Shown here in pieces: positions 52,371 to 64,000 of a stretch of 64,000 nucleotides of DNA. The notes under the pieces were generated by a model that was not told the DNA's origin, did no database searches, and was given only the letters and a program-made list of their open reading frames with translations. The translations under genes and the position numbers were made by a program. The DNA is from an uncultured Acidobacteriota bacterium. Its GTDB lineage: Bacteria > Acidobacteriota > UBA6911. The stretch covers positions 96,001-160,000 of the forward strand of contig CAWHCF010000050.1 in assembly GCA_963827655.1 (NCBI GenBank), given 5' to 3'. How positions within the stretch are numbered: the first letter of the stretch is position 1; every line of letters starts with the position of its first letter.

Positions 52371-52553
52371 TACTCGGTTTTCAAACCGGTATATGAGATG
52401 ACGGGCACCGACTTCAGTCTGAGGCAGGGCGGCGCGGCGGTGGACGCCGGATGCCGGCTGCCGAATGTCAATGACGATTTCACGGGCCGCGGCCCTGACC
52501 TGGGCGCGCTGGAACTGGACCGCCCGGTTCCGGTCTACGGCCCAAGGCGTTGA
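52371..52553 (+). pseudogene. C-terminal remnant of a secreted beta-helix-type protein
   Basis: DFSLRQGGAAVDAGCRLPNVNDDFTGRGPDLGALE..PVYGPRR*; in-frame stop just upstream. Confidence 0.6.
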
Positions 52554-52642
52554 ATTCTCCGCGAGGGTCGTCCACAGACCAACCACGGAGACGCGAAGAA
52601 GCGGCCAGGTGTCTTGTAGAAGAGAGGGAGGAAAGTCGATCT

Positions 52643-54163
52643 ATGAAACGATGGATGCCATTTTTACTGGTGACGGCGCTGCTGGGCGCATTGTGCGCTG
52701 CTTCTTTTGGTCAGACCCGGAAGCGTCCCAACATTCTATTGGCCATCTCGGACGACCAATCGTATCCCTACACCTCCGCCTACGGGCATAAAGGCGTTCG
52801 GACCCCCGCGTTTGACCAGGTCGCGAAAAGGGGGATGCTCTTCAACAATGCATTCGTCGCTTCTCCTGGGTGCAGCCCTTCGCGAGCCGCGCTGTTGACG
52901 GGCCGCCATACCTGGCAGCTCGAACATGCGGGCACTCATGCCAGTTCGTTCTCGCCGAAATACGCGGTTTATCCTGACCTCCTCGAACGCGACGGATACT
53001 TCGTTGGTTATACCGGAAAAGGTTGGGGACCGGGCGATTGGAAGGTGGGGGGGCGCACTCGCAATCCGGCCGGTCCGGAGTACAGTCAGCATAAACAGAA
53101 GTCCGTCCGGCCAGGCACCAACCCTATCGACTATGCGGCTAACTTCCAGGCTTTTCTGGCCGGCAGACCCAAGGATCAACCATTCTGCTTCTGGTATGGA
53201 GGGCACGAGCCTCACCGCGCTTTCGCACAAGGGACCGGCCTCAAGGCGGGCAAGAAGCTCGAGGATGTTGAAGTTCCTCCCTTCCTCCCCGACACTCCGG
53301 AAATCCGCAGCGATCTCCTCGACTATCTTGTCGAGATCGAATGGTTCGATCAGCACCTGGGCCGCATGCTGAAAATGCTGGAAGAGGCTGGAGAACTCGA
53401 CAACACCCTGGTGGTTGTGACCAGCGACAACGGCATGTCCTTCCCGCGCGCCAAGGCGAATCTCTACGAATACGGGATCCACGTCCCGCTTACCATCAGC
53501 TGGCCGGGGAACGTGCCGGCTGGACGCGTTGTCGACACACCGGTCAGCCTGGTCGACCTCGCGCCGACGATCCTCGAAGCCGCGGGTGTCAAGCACCCTG
53601 GAGCGCCGCCGATGGTGGGGCGCAGCCTCATGGGGCTTCTTAAATCGGGCGCCGATGACGCGTCGCGGCAAATGATCTTCAGCGCTCGCGAGCGGCACTC
53701 GTCCTCGCGTCATGACAACCTTGGCTATCCCAGCCGAGTGGTCCGCACTCGCGAGTATCTCTACATCCGAAACTTGAAGCCTGAACGCTGGCCGGCCGGC
53801 GATCCTCGGAAGTATGAAGAGAGCGGCGAACTCGGGCCCATGCACGGGGGCTACCACGACATCGACGAAGCGCCAACTTTGAGTTTCCTGGTCGCAAATC
53901 ACAATGACCCTAAAATCGGCCGATTCTTGCACCTTGCCGTGGACAAACGCCCGGCCGAGGAGCTATACGACATCCGTCAGGATCGCGGCTGTCTCAACAA
54001 CCTCGCGCAGTCCGCTCAACACGCGGATGTGAAAAAGCAGCTGGCCGCGGCTCTGGAGCGATACTTGACCGACACTCATGACCCGCATATGGCGAAGCGG
54101 GGCGAAGTGTTCGAAACCTATCCGCGCTACTCGCCTATTCGTAAGTTTCCCCCCTCTCCGTGA
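52643..54163 (+). CDS. Sulfatase (FGly-dependent, sulfamidase-like)
   Basis: PNILLAISDD, CSPSRAALLTG, SDNG, EELYD. Confidence 0.93.
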   Translation: MKRWMPFLLVTALLGALCAASFGQTRKRPNILLAISDDQSYPYTSAYGHKGVRTPAFDQVAKRGMLFNNAFVASPGCSPSRAALLTGRHTWQLEHAGTHASSFSPKYAVYPDLLERDGYFVGYTGKGWGPGDWKVGGRTRNPAGPEYSQHKQKSVRPGTNPIDYAANFQAFLAGRPKDQPFCFWYGGHEPHRAFAQGTGLKAGKKLEDVEVPPFLPDTPEIRSDLLDYLVEIEWFDQHLGRMLKMLEEAGELDNTLVVVTSDNGMSFPRAKANLYEYGIHVPLTISWPGNVPAGRVVDTPVSLVDLAPTILEAAGVKHPGAPPMVGRSLMGLLKSGADDASRQMIFSARERHSSSRHDNLGYPSRVVRTREYLYIRNLKPERWPAGDPRKYEESGELGPMHGGYHDIDEAPTLSFLVANHNDPKIGRFLHLAVDKRPAEELYDIRQDRGCLNNLAQSAQHADVKKQLAAALERYLTDTHDPHMAKRGEVFETYPRYSPIRKFPPSP

Positions 54164-54251
54164 TCGAGGAGGGAATTACCATTCTTTGCGCCTTGGCGGT
54201 TCGGTTTTGTTATCGCCGGTGCGCCGCCACTGCAACACGGAAGACGAATTC

Positions 54252-55175
54252 ATGACAGAAGTCCTGAGCGTACACGAGATCTCAAAGACCTTCGGCAGTG
54301 TCCGGGCTGTGGACGGCGTGTCTTTTTCGATTCGGAAGGGATCCATCACAGGGCTGCTGGGACGGAACGGCGCCGGCAAGACGACGATGCTGCGGATGAT
54401 CAACGGCATCTTTCTGCCCGATCGGGGGACGATCGAAATCTTCGGTTCGGCGAATCACGCTTCCGCCCGCGACCGCATCGGGTATCTGCCTGAGGAGCGG
54501 GGGCTCTACAAGAAGATGAAAGTGACGGAGCAGCTCCTCTTCCTCTCCGAGATCAAGTCGCTCAAGCCGGTGACGGTGAAGGCGCGAGCGGAGAGCTGGT
54601 TGAAGCGTCTCGAGCTGTGGGAAAAGCGCGACAGCAGGGTGGACGCGCTGTCCAAGGGGAACCAGCAAAAGGTGCAGCTGATCGGCGCTCTCTTGCACGA
54701 TCCGGAGCTGGTGATCCTGGATGAGCCGATGTCGGGGCTTGACCCGGTTAATGTCGTACTCATCCGACGTATTTTGAGGGAGCTGCGGGAGGAGGGTCGC
54801 ACGATCCTGCTTTCGACCCACATGATGGGAGAGGCGGAAAAGATGGTGGACGAGATACTGCTCATTCACGAGGGAAAGGTTGTCTTGTCCGGCGAGCTTG
54901 ACAGCGTTCGATCCTCCTTCGGGAAGAACACCGTCCATTTGTCCTTCGAGGGAGATGGATCCTTTCTCGCTTCCGCTCCCGGCGTCGGAAGGGCAACTGT
55001 CCAGAACAACGTGGCGGAGATCCAATTGAAGGATGGGGCGGATCCGCATAAGCTCCTCGAGGTGGCGATCGGAAGGCTGCGGATCAGCCGTTTCGAAGTC
55101 GCCGCGCCTTCGCTCGAAGAGATTTTTATCGACCGGGTTGGGGCAGGAACTCTTGAAGCAGAGGTGTCGCCATGA
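54252..55175 (+). CDS. ABC transporter ATP-binding protein (NatA/YhaQ-like)
   Basis: GRNGAGKT, LSKGNQQ, ILDEP. Confidence 0.93.
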   Translation: MTEVLSVHEISKTFGSVRAVDGVSFSIRKGSITGLLGRNGAGKTTMLRMINGIFLPDRGTIEIFGSANHASARDRIGYLPEERGLYKKMKVTEQLLFLSEIKSLKPVTVKARAESWLKRLELWEKRDSRVDALSKGNQQKVQLIGALLHDPELVILDEPMSGLDPVNVVLIRRILRELREEGRTILLSTHMMGEAEKMVDEILLIHEGKVVLSGELDSVRSSFGKNTVHLSFEGDGSFLASAPGVGRATVQNNVAEIQLKDGADPHKLLEVAIGRLRISRFEVAAPSLEEIFIDRVGAGTLEAEVSP

Positions 55176-56464
55176 ACAAGATGTGGGCGATCTTCAAACG
55201 CGAGTACCTCCAGGTGGTTCGAAAGCGGTCTTTTCTCATTCTGACAATGCTCGGCCCGATTCTGCTCGCCGGCCTGATGATCATTCCCGCGTTTCTCGCG
55301 GTGAAGGGCCTGGGCGCAAAACGCGTCGCCATAGTGGATGGCACGGAGCGTCTGGCCGAAGCATTCGCGGCCAGGCAAACCGCGTCCGCGACAAAACGTG
55401 GCCAAACGGGACCTTCTTTGCTCGAGTTCGAGTACACGGCAAGCAAGGAGGACCCGGCGACGTCATCCCAGGCATTTCTGAAGCAGTTGAGCGACGATGG
55501 GGCCAAGACGAAGCGGCTCGACGGCGTGCTCGTGATCCCGCGAGACGCTGTGGAGAACCCGGCAGTGAAACTGACCTATTACAGCCGCACTGCGGCGGAC
55601 CTCATGACCAGAGAGCGCCTCGAACGGATTGTCAACCGGGCCGTGTCCCGGCATCGTCTCGCCTCGCGCGGCATCACCCCTTCGGAAAGCGACAATCTTT
55701 TGAAAGCACTTCCGATCGAGGCTGTCCAGATCTCCAAGACCGGCGAGCGCAAGACCGGGGGCGAACGCGGCTTCTTCGTGGCATTCGCGTTTGTCGGGCT
55801 GCTCTTCATCCCCATGCTCATCTACGGGCAGGAGATCATGCGCGGGATCGTGGCTGAGAAAACGGACCGCATCGTAGAGATCCTGATCTCTTCGATGTCG
55901 CCGATGCAACTTTTGAGCGGCAAGATCCTGGGGCTGGCGGCGGTGGGACTGACCCAGATCGCGATCTGGCTCCTGATGGCAGGGGTCGGCATCATGTACG
56001 GAGTCGGATTCGCGCCGACGGGAGTTGATGCCGCACAGCTTGTCGAAGCGCGCCTTCTGCCATTCTTCTTTCTTTTCTACCTGCTTGGATACTTGATTTA
56101 CGTTTGCGTCTACGCGGCCGGCGGGGCGATAGCCAACTCGGAAAAAGAAGCCCAGCAGCTTTTGACCCCACTGGTTTTCTTCATGATGGTTCCCTGGATT
56201 CTTGCCATGCCTATTATCCAGAATCCGGAGTCGGGGTTGGCCGTGGCTCTATCGCTGACGCCGGTTTTCAGCCCGCTGACGATGTTCATGCGGATCGTCG
56301 TCTCGGAGCCTCCCTTCTGGCAGGTCACTCTGTCGGTCGTCATTTCGCTTGCCACCATCTATGTCATGTTCTGGATTACCGGCAAGATCTTCCGCGTGGG
56401 TATTCTCTCCTACGGCAAGCGCCCCACGCTTCCGGAGCTGTGGCGGTGGCTGAAAGTGGCGTGA
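55172..56464 (+). CDS. ABC-2 type permease (NatB/YhaP-like)
   Basis: EKTDRIVEILISS, GKILG, 6 TM helices plus an extracellular loop. Confidence 0.9.
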   Translation: MNKMWAIFKREYLQVVRKRSFLILTMLGPILLAGLMIIPAFLAVKGLGAKRVAIVDGTERLAEAFAARQTASATKRGQTGPSLLEFEYTASKEDPATSSQAFLKQLSDDGAKTKRLDGVLVIPRDAVENPAVKLTYYSRTAADLMTRERLERIVNRAVSRHRLASRGITPSESDNLLKALPIEAVQISKTGERKTGGERGFFVAFAFVGLLFIPMLIYGQEIMRGIVAEKTDRIVEILISSMSPMQLLSGKILGLAAVGLTQIAIWLLMAGVGIMYGVGFAPTGVDAAQLVEARLLPFFFLFYLLGYLIYVCVYAAGGAIANSEKEAQQLLTPLVFFMMVPWILAMPIIQNPESGLAVALSLTPVFSPLTMFMRIVVSEPPFWQVTLSVVISLATIYVMFWITGKIFRVGILSYGKRPTLPELWRWLKVA

Positions 56465-56467
56465 CAC

Positions 56468-56542
56468 GTCTTCGTGTCTTAGCGGTTGGTTTTTGTTCCC
56501 CCGCCTAACCACGAAGACTCGAAGACACCAAGAAACGCGAAG
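56468..56542. repeat. Octamer-arm intergenic hairpin repeat
   Basis: GTCTTCGTGTCTTAG...ACCACGAAGACTCGAAGACACCAAGAAACGCGAAG; reverse complement resembles the 9367 copy. Confidence 0.75.
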
Positions 56543-56809
56543 CATCTCAACTAAATCGTCCTGGCCAATTAGCATCGAAGAGCTTATAATCTGATTCTTC
56601 TTGGCAATCACGGCGTTTTAATCCCTTTTCTTCGCAGTGAAGTGTGCGAAGTCGCGTCTCTAATCGCGCTTGGCCAATTCCTTCTCCTCGCCGCCGGTTG
56701 TTTTAAACGTATGGTGAAGCTGTTCCGCAAGTTTCCCGTGAAATTCCACCTGAGCCCGCCCTATCTTTCCATCAGCCCCTTGAAACAAATTCCTATTGGT
56801 TAATTGGAC

Positions 56810-59724
56810 ATGCCCGGTCGGACTGTATCCCACTACCGGATCCTGGAAAAAATTGGCGCGGGCGGCATGGGAGTCGTCTACAAGGCACACGACACCAAGC
56901 TCGACCGGTTCGTGGCGCTGAAGTTTCTGCCGCCGGATGCCGGCGCAGATTCCGATGAAAAGCATCGTTTCCTGAACGAGGCGCGAGCCGCTTCGGCGTT
57001 GGATCATCCCAATATCGGCGTCGTGTATGAAATTGACGAAACCGACGACGGGCAGATGTTCATCGCTATGTCCTATTACCCGGGCGAAACGCTCAAGCAG
57101 AAAATCGCGCGGTCCCGCCGCGACGGCGAAACCACAGCCGACACGGTGGGGGTCGGACTTGCCGTGCCCGAGGCGCTGAATCTGGCGCTGCAGATCGCGA
57201 GGGGGCTTGCCAAGGCGCATGAGCACGGAATCGTCCACCGCGACATCAAGCCCGGGAACGTCATGGTCACGGCCGACGGTGGCGTCAAGATCATCGATTT
57301 CGGACTGGCCAAGCTGAGCGATGCGACCGCCACCATCAGACCCACGACCAAGGGCACGGTCGGCTATATGTCGCCTGAACAGGCCCTGGGGAAGGATGTC
57401 GACGCGCGGTCGGATGTGTGGAGCCTGGGTGTGACGCTGTATGAAATGCTGGCTGGCGAGTTGCCGTTCCGTGGCACGAACCAGGCGGCGCAGATCCATG
57501 CCATCCTGACTGCGGAACCCGTGTCGCTTGGCAAACTGCGTTCGGATGTGCCCGAAGACGTCGAGCGAGTGGTGGCGCGGGCGATGGAGAAAGATGCGGC
57601 GAGGCGCTATGGGTCCGCAGCGGAAATCGCACGGGACCTGGCGGAGTGTCAGGCACGGATGTCGGCGCCGCTGACAGCAGCCCCGGATTTGAAGCGCTGG
57701 ATCGCGCGGCCCGCCGTAGTCGTGCCGGCGGCTCTGCTGCTTGTGGCTTTGGTCGCAGGGGGGGTGATGGTCTATCGGAGGAACGCCCAGGTCCGATGGG
57801 CGCGCGAGGAGGCGTTGCCGCTGATCGCTCAGCTTGAGGAGCAGGACAAGATCAGCGCGGCCTTTCAGTTGGCACAACAGGCCGACCGGGTAATCGCCGG
57901 AAACCGGCACTGGTCAAGATAATGGATAGCCTTTCGGTTCCATTCAGCTTCGACACGGATCCCCCGGGTGCCGATGTCGAAATCAGGGACTTTGTCGACA
58001 ACCAGGCTGATTGGATGCCGCTCGGCAAGTCGCCCATCAGAAACGCGCGGGTGCCCAGGACTTATCTACGGTGGCGAGTCTCCAAGCCGGGATTTGCCCT
58101 GCTGCAGGGCGCCCAGTCCGCTTCGGGCAACACTCCCAGGGTAAAGATGGAGCGTGAAGGCATCGCCCCTGCCGGAATGGTCCGAGTCGCCGGCGGCGCC
58201 TACACAGTGAATGTAGGCCAGGTAGGACAACTGCCGATGGCGACCGTCGAACCATTCCTTATCGACCAGTACGAAGTGACCAACCGGCAGTTCAAAGAGT
58301 TCATCGATGCCGGCGGATATCAAAAACCGGAGTTCTGGAAACACAAGTTCCTGAAAGACGGGCAGGAGCTGACCTGGGAGCAGGCCCTGAATGAGTTTCG
58401 AGACTCGACAGGCCGGCCCGGCCCGTCAACCTGGGAGGGAGGCCGCTTTCCAGAGGGCCAGGCCGATTACCCGGTGGCCGGCGTGAGCTGGCACGAAGCT
58501 GCGGCCTATGCGGCATTCGCCGGCAAGCAACTGCCCTCCTTGTACCACTGGTACAAGGCGGCAGACCCGAACACCTCGGCCCTGGTCAGTTTGTCCAGCA
58601 ACTTCTCTCGAACCGGGCCCGCGCCGGTAGGAAAGTATCAGGGAATCGGGCCGAGCGGCACCTATGACATGGCGGGCAACGTCAAGGAATGGTGCTGGAC
58701 CGAAACGGGCGGCGGCTTTCGCTTCATCCTCGGTGGAGGCTGGAATGAGCCGACCTACATGTTTCATGACGGCGACGCGCGCTCGCCGTTTGACCGTTCT
58801 GCGCAGAACGGATTTCGCTGCATGCGGTCTCTCGGCTCAGTGGATCAAAAAGCGCTCGCGCCGGTGCAGCGCATTTTTCGCGACTACGGCAAAGAAGAAC
58901 CGGCGTCCGACGAGGCGTTTCGCATCTTCAGGAGGCTCTACGATTACGATCGCACGGACCTGAAACCCAAAGTCGAATCGGTTGACGAAGGTGAGGCCGG
59001 ATGGATCAAACAGAAGGTCTTGATCGACGCTGCCTATGGCAACGAACGCCTGCCACTCTATCTTTTCATTCCGAAGAACGCCAGGCCTCCCTATCAAACC
59101 GTGGTGTTTTGCCCAGGCGCCGGCGCTCTGCGAGCGCCCACCAGCCAGGAGCTTTTTCACTTCAAGACCACGCTGGACTTCGTCATCCAGAGTGGCCGGG
59201 CGGTAGTCTATCCGGTTTACAAGGATATGTACGAGCGCCGCGGCGTCTTTGAACGGCCGCTGACGCTGGTCGAGGCTAGAGAACGATTTGTGGCAATCAC
59301 CAAGGACCTGTGCCGCGCGGTCGACTATCTGGAGTCGCGGAAGGAATTTGACTCCACCCGGCTGGCATATATGGGAAAGAGCTTTGGAGCAGCGCAGGGC
59401 GTGGTCTGGAGCACGGTCGAAGAACGGTTCCGGACCGTCATCTATGTCGACGGCGGCTTCTACTTTACACCGAGGCTGCCCGAGGTCGACGCAATCAATT
59501 TCGCTCCCCGCATGCGCCGGCCGGTTCTGATGCTGAGCGGCCGCTACGACTTTACATTCCCACTCGAGACCTCGCAGCGCCATATGTTCCGGTTGCTGGG
59601 AACACCGGAGAAAGACAAGAAGCACGTGTTGTTTGACACGGCGCACGACGTCACTGTCAAGCGGAGCCAGTTCGTCAAGGAAGTGCTGGATTGGCTGGAC
59701 AAGTACCTCGGGCCCGTGCGTTAG
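56810..59724 (+). CDS. Ser/Thr kinase-TM-FGE/SUMF1-like domain-alpha/beta hydrolase fusion, split by a frameshift near 57905
   Basis: GAGGMG, HRDIKPGN, DFG, SPE; YEVTN, DMAGNVKEW, GFRC; GKSFG, GRYD, TAH. Adding one C in AACCGG joins the two ORFs. Confidence 0.85.
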
Positions 59725-60287
59725 TATGGCCATCCGGTGATGAGAAATCGCTTTCCAGAGCGGCTTTCAGGCTTCGTATACTGCGAAACCTGTTGACACT
59801 CGCCCGGCAGGGTAATAGTGTCGCGGCCAGACCAGGCCCAAAACATTAACGTGGGCTCCCGGCAGTTTGAAAGGACGTGTCTTGATACCTGTGGCTGGGA
59901 TATCGGCTTTAGCGAGAGCGCCAAGAGTCTAGTCTTTGCGCTCGAACGTCATGCCGGCCAATACGGACGTTGCTCGACAGGCTGGAATAGCGGTGACACA
60001 TCAACCTCATCCGGGCGCTGATCGAAAGCTCGGAAAGTTCGCGCAAAATCTCCAGGTACATCTCCCGACGACAGTTCCCAAGAGCATCTCTCCCCCTGCT
60101 TCAAACAGCCACGCATGACTGCCGACGCGTCTTCGGTCCAGTCTGGTCCGCAAGGGTCGCGGTAACATTCTCCGTTTCTTCGACCGCGATGCCTTGCCAC
60201 CGCCGCGGAGACCACGAAGGTCGTGCTGCTTCGGAATGCGGCGACGAGGTGTTCAGCCTACATCGGTAGAACAGGGGAGGAATCAAA

Positions 60288-63200
60288 ATGAGACGGATAT
60301 TTCAATTATTGTCTGGCCTTGCCTTATTGACGCTCATTCGGCTTTCTGCCCAGATTTCATACGCGCAACATGCTCAAATCACCGGAAGGGTCACAGACCC
60401 GAGTGACGCGGTGGTACCAGGTGTGGAGATCACCATCACCAACGTTCAGATGGGCATACAAAAGACGACTGTCACGAACGATTCGGGAATATACGTCGTT
60501 CCATTCCTGGTTCCTGCGATGTACGCGATGAAGGTGGAGCTGGCAGGATTCAAATCGATCACGCGCTCGGCCATCAAGCTGGAGGTCGACCAGGTGGCCA
60601 GGATCGATTTCACGCTCGAGGTCGGCGCAGTAACGGAATCGGTCACCGTTACGGGAGGTGCGCCGCTCTTGCAGTCCGAGTCCAGCGGAGTAGGACAGGT
60701 CGTCGGTCAAAAGAAGGTTGTCGATCTTCCCTTGAACGGCCGCGACTTCACCCAGCTGGCCACTCTGACGCCAGGGGCTCTGGCCAGCGGAAGCAGCGCT
60801 AACCTGGGAGGAGGTCCCCGGATCGTGCTCAACGGTATGCGCGCGTCGAAGACGGCGTTCTTTATCGACGGGGTCAATGCGTCCAACCAATGGGTCGACG
60901 GCGTAGTCGTGCAGCCTGCGCCCGACGCCATTCAGGAATTCAAAGTGCAGTCGAACGCGCTCAGCGCCGAGTTCGGTCAGGGGGGAGGGATCATCAGCAT
61001 CGAGCTGCGGTCGGGCACAAACGACTACCACGTAACGTTGTTCGAATTCATACGCAACGACGTTCTGGACGCTCGCAATTTTTTCAACGCTCCGCCCGCC
61101 AAGCAGAGTATTCTGAAGCAAAACCAGTTCGGGTTCACGGCCGGCGGTCCGGTAATCAAGGACAAGACCTTCTTCTTCGGCGACTACCAGGGAAGGCGTG
61201 AACGCCGCGGAGTCATTTTCAATAACCCCGTCGGCTCCGTGAAAATGCGCGGCGGAGATTTTTCCGAATTGAGCGCGACAATCTTCGACCCGGCGACGAC
61301 GCGGCCGGACCCTGCGAACCCCGGGAGGACCATTCGCGATCCATTCCCGGACAATAAGATTCCGTCCAACCGGCTGTCCCCGCAAGCGCTGTACTTTATC
61401 GAAAACAATTACATCCTGCCTCCCAACACCCCCGAGGGAAACTACAATCGTTCGGGTAGCCGCATTTCCGATACCGACCAGTTCGATCTTCGCGGCGACC
61501 ACCAGCTTGCGGCGCAACACCTCCTTGTTTGGTTCTTACAGCTTTCAGCAGAATACGTTGGTCAGTCCTGGCCTCTTCCCGACCAATGGAGCGGCCGGCG
61601 ACCTGACCCGGACCCAGCGGACCAGCGCGGGTCTGATCCATACTTTCAGTCCTCGCCTGATCAACGAGGTCCGGGCCGGCTATACGCGCGCCCGATCCAT
61701 CAACGAAGCACAGGGCGTCGGGGAGACCAACTATACGGTGGAGTCGGGAATTGGCGGCTTCGGCGAAACCAGCGCGAGGTTTCCCGGCTTTCCTGGATTC
61801 GCCATTACCGGTTACGGCGGGATCGATGCCTTGACCTTCCGGCCCGGTTTCCGCAGGAGCAATCAATACAATGTGATCGATAATCTGACCTGGGTCCGCG
61901 GCGAACACAATCTCAAGCTGGGCTTCGATTTGAGATGGTTCTCGGTAGTCGACGAGAACTGCGCCTTCTGCCGTTCGAACTTCGCGTTTACCGGAACCTA
62001 CACGGGAAATGGCTTCGCGGATTTCATGCTGGGCATCCCCTTCCAGGGCTTTCGCTCGTTTCCCCGAGATCAGGTCGGCATTCGCCGGGAGACATCACAG
62101 CATTTCTACTTCCAGGACGACTGGAAGGTGGCTCCCAACCTGACGCTCAACCTCGGCGTGCGCTACGAGATGATTCACCCGCCGCGACCCACACGGCATG
62201 CCTCTGCCATCTTCGATGCCAGCATCGGCAAGATCATTGTAGGAAGCGATGAGAACGGGGAGTTCGACCTTACCTCCCAGCAGGTGGCCCGGTTCGTGTA
62301 TCCGCTCTTTTCAGACATCATCGTGAGCGACAAGTCCGTGGGACGCAACGACTCGATGAGGTTCCTGGACAAGAACGACTGGGCGCCTCGCGTGGGCATC
62401 GCCTGGAGGCCGGTGGGTGACCTCGTCATCCGCGCCGGATACGGAATCTTTTATGGTCTCCAGCAGGTGAACCGGACCAACTCGACCCTGGTCGCCAGCC
62501 CTCCGTTCCTCGCCGACGAACGGTCGGTCTTCAATAGCTCGCCGGCGCCGACCTTCGACCTCACGAATTTCTTCACGCCATTCTCGGCCGGGTCGGAAGC
62601 CCTTTCTCTGCAGGGTCCCTTTGCCTTCCAGGTTGATTCTCAAATGAGAACCCCCTACTTCCAGCAGTGGAACCTCACGCTTCAAAAGGCGATCACTGGA
62701 GTGGTATCGATCGAGGCCGGCTACGTGGCCAGCAAGGGGACCAAGATCGAGTACTCGCGTCCGATTAACCGGCCCGATCCGGGCGCCGGCACCATTCAGG
62801 TCCGGCGGCCGTTCCCTCGCCTGGGCGACCTGTTTTCCGTTGAGAACAGCGGATTCTCGAATTACCAGTCGTTTCAAAGCAAAGTTGAAATCAAGAGCTG
62901 GCGCGGTCTTTCGTTCCTCGGAGCGTATGCTTTCGCGAAGTCGATCGACAACATCAGCAGCGACCCTCAGGGCGACAGCGTGCAAAATGCTCTCAGAACC
63001 GATCTGGAAAAGGGTTCTTCAGACTTTGACATCAGACAACGCTTCACGTTCAGCAGCAACTACGCTCTTCCATTTGGAAACGGCGTTGCGGGTCCGGGCG
63101 GCTATCTGATCAGGGACTGGGAAATTGCCGCGATCTTGACCTTGCAGTCGGGTTCTCCGTTCACGCCGGTGATTTCAGCAGACACAGCCAACGTCGGCGC

Positions 63201-63558
63201 AACGGCGCGCCGGCCGGATCGCGTCGCGAGTGGATTTTTAGACAACCCCACGCTTCTGAGATTTTATGATGTTTCGGCCTTCAGGGTTCCGGAGCCATTC
63301 AATTACGGCAACGGCGCGCGAAACATTCTCATCGGTCCGCCGCTGAACAACCTCGATTTTCTGATCATGAGAAATTTCCGCTTCAACGTGCCGTGGAGCG
63401 AAGACGCTAACTTCCAGTTTCGGGCAGAGTTCTTCAATTTCACCAATACGCCGCACTTCGCGAACCCGGTGAACAACATTCAGGCGGCAAGCGCGGGACG
63501 AATCCTGAGTGCGGCGCCGGCGCGAGAGATACAGTTTGGGTTAAAGCTGATGTTCTAG
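60288..63558 (+). CDS. TonB-dependent receptor (Oar-like), frameshift near 61515
   Basis: ITGRVTDPS, LPLNGRDF, IQEFKV, QDDWKV, REIQFGLKLMF. Confidence 0.9.
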
Positions 63559-63599
63559 GAACCATCGTCATCCCTAAGAAGGATGCGCGAGACAGAAAA

Positions 63600-64000
63600 A
63601 TGATGATATTGAGACTGATCGAGGCTTGTCTTTGTTCGACGCTTGTTGCATGCATGGTTGGATGGTGTGTCACCCCGGCCGCCGCTGCGACTCTGCGCGC
63701 CTCTTGCGTGAAGATTGATATCACTCCAGAGGGCAGCCAATGGTTACTGGGTTACGCCGCGAGACAGTCCGAGGGCGTGCACGACAGACTCTTTCACCGG
63801 ATTGTTGCTCTCGCCGACGGGAAGACCGAATTCATTCTGGCTTCGTCGGATCTGGCTCTCGTCTCTCCGTCGCTGGTCGACGATACGTTGCGGCAGCTCG
63901 AGAAGGAGACCGGCCTCAAGCCGCAGCAAATCTGGTGGACTGCAACTCATACCCATTCCGCGCCCGAAGTGGGTCCACCGGGTCTGGCGTCGTTGTTTCT
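63600..64000 (+). CDS. Neutral/alkaline ceramidase-like N-terminal domain protein, runs off the window
   Basis: Hand translation: KIDITP..WLLGYAARQSEGVHDRL...ATHTHSAP. Confidence 0.8.
   Translation, partial: MMILRLIEACLCSTLVACMVGWCVTPAAAATLRASCVKIDITPEGSQWLLGYAARQSEGVHDRLFHRIVALADGKTEFILASSDLALVSPSLVDDTLRQLEKETGLKPQQIWWTATHTHSAPEVGPPGLASLF

Noticed and set aside
57900-57925. Programmed frameshifting in the kinase, TonB, GcvT or pirin genes
   Set aside because: No slippery heptamers or shared context; sequencing indels are more parsimonious
59725-60287. Riboswitch or sRNA upstream of the TonB receptor
   Set aside because: Long intergenic region, but no cobalamin/TPP/SAM consensus recognisable by eye; needs an Rfam scan

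Overview
GC-rich bacterial chromosomal window. The gene content points to Acidobacteriota (inference): Oar-type TonB-dependent receptors, DUF1553/DUF1501 pairs, Tat-exported enolases, a sulfatase and a kinase-FGE fusion. About 40 CDS are present, covering transport/catabolism, split LigD ligase/polymerase, VapBC, an SNF2 helicase, an S46 peptidase, a DUF4062-STAND NTPase, a Rieske/GcvT/FAD-oxidoreductase cluster, and an ECF sigma/anti-sigma pair with a diheme cytochrome. The best signal is a complete IS110-family element (32240-33903, minus strand) inserted in the loop of a REP-like palindrome. Its bridge RNA can be read directly: four guide segments match the reconstructed target and the circle junction, and the junction forms a TTGACT-N17-TATGAT promoter. 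The element is atypical in two ways. Thr replaces the catalytic Ser, and its ends carry an oriC-like arrangement of DnaA-box-like 9-mers, a (CTA)5 DnaA-trio-like run and an AT-rich tract. Intergenic DNA is dense with non-autonomous repeats: loop-targeting MITEs nested inside each other, and a ~70-bp hairpin built from CACGAAGA octamers. At least eight genes have single-base frameshifts, most likely assembly errors. All family assignments come from motif recognition by eye; no database search was run.
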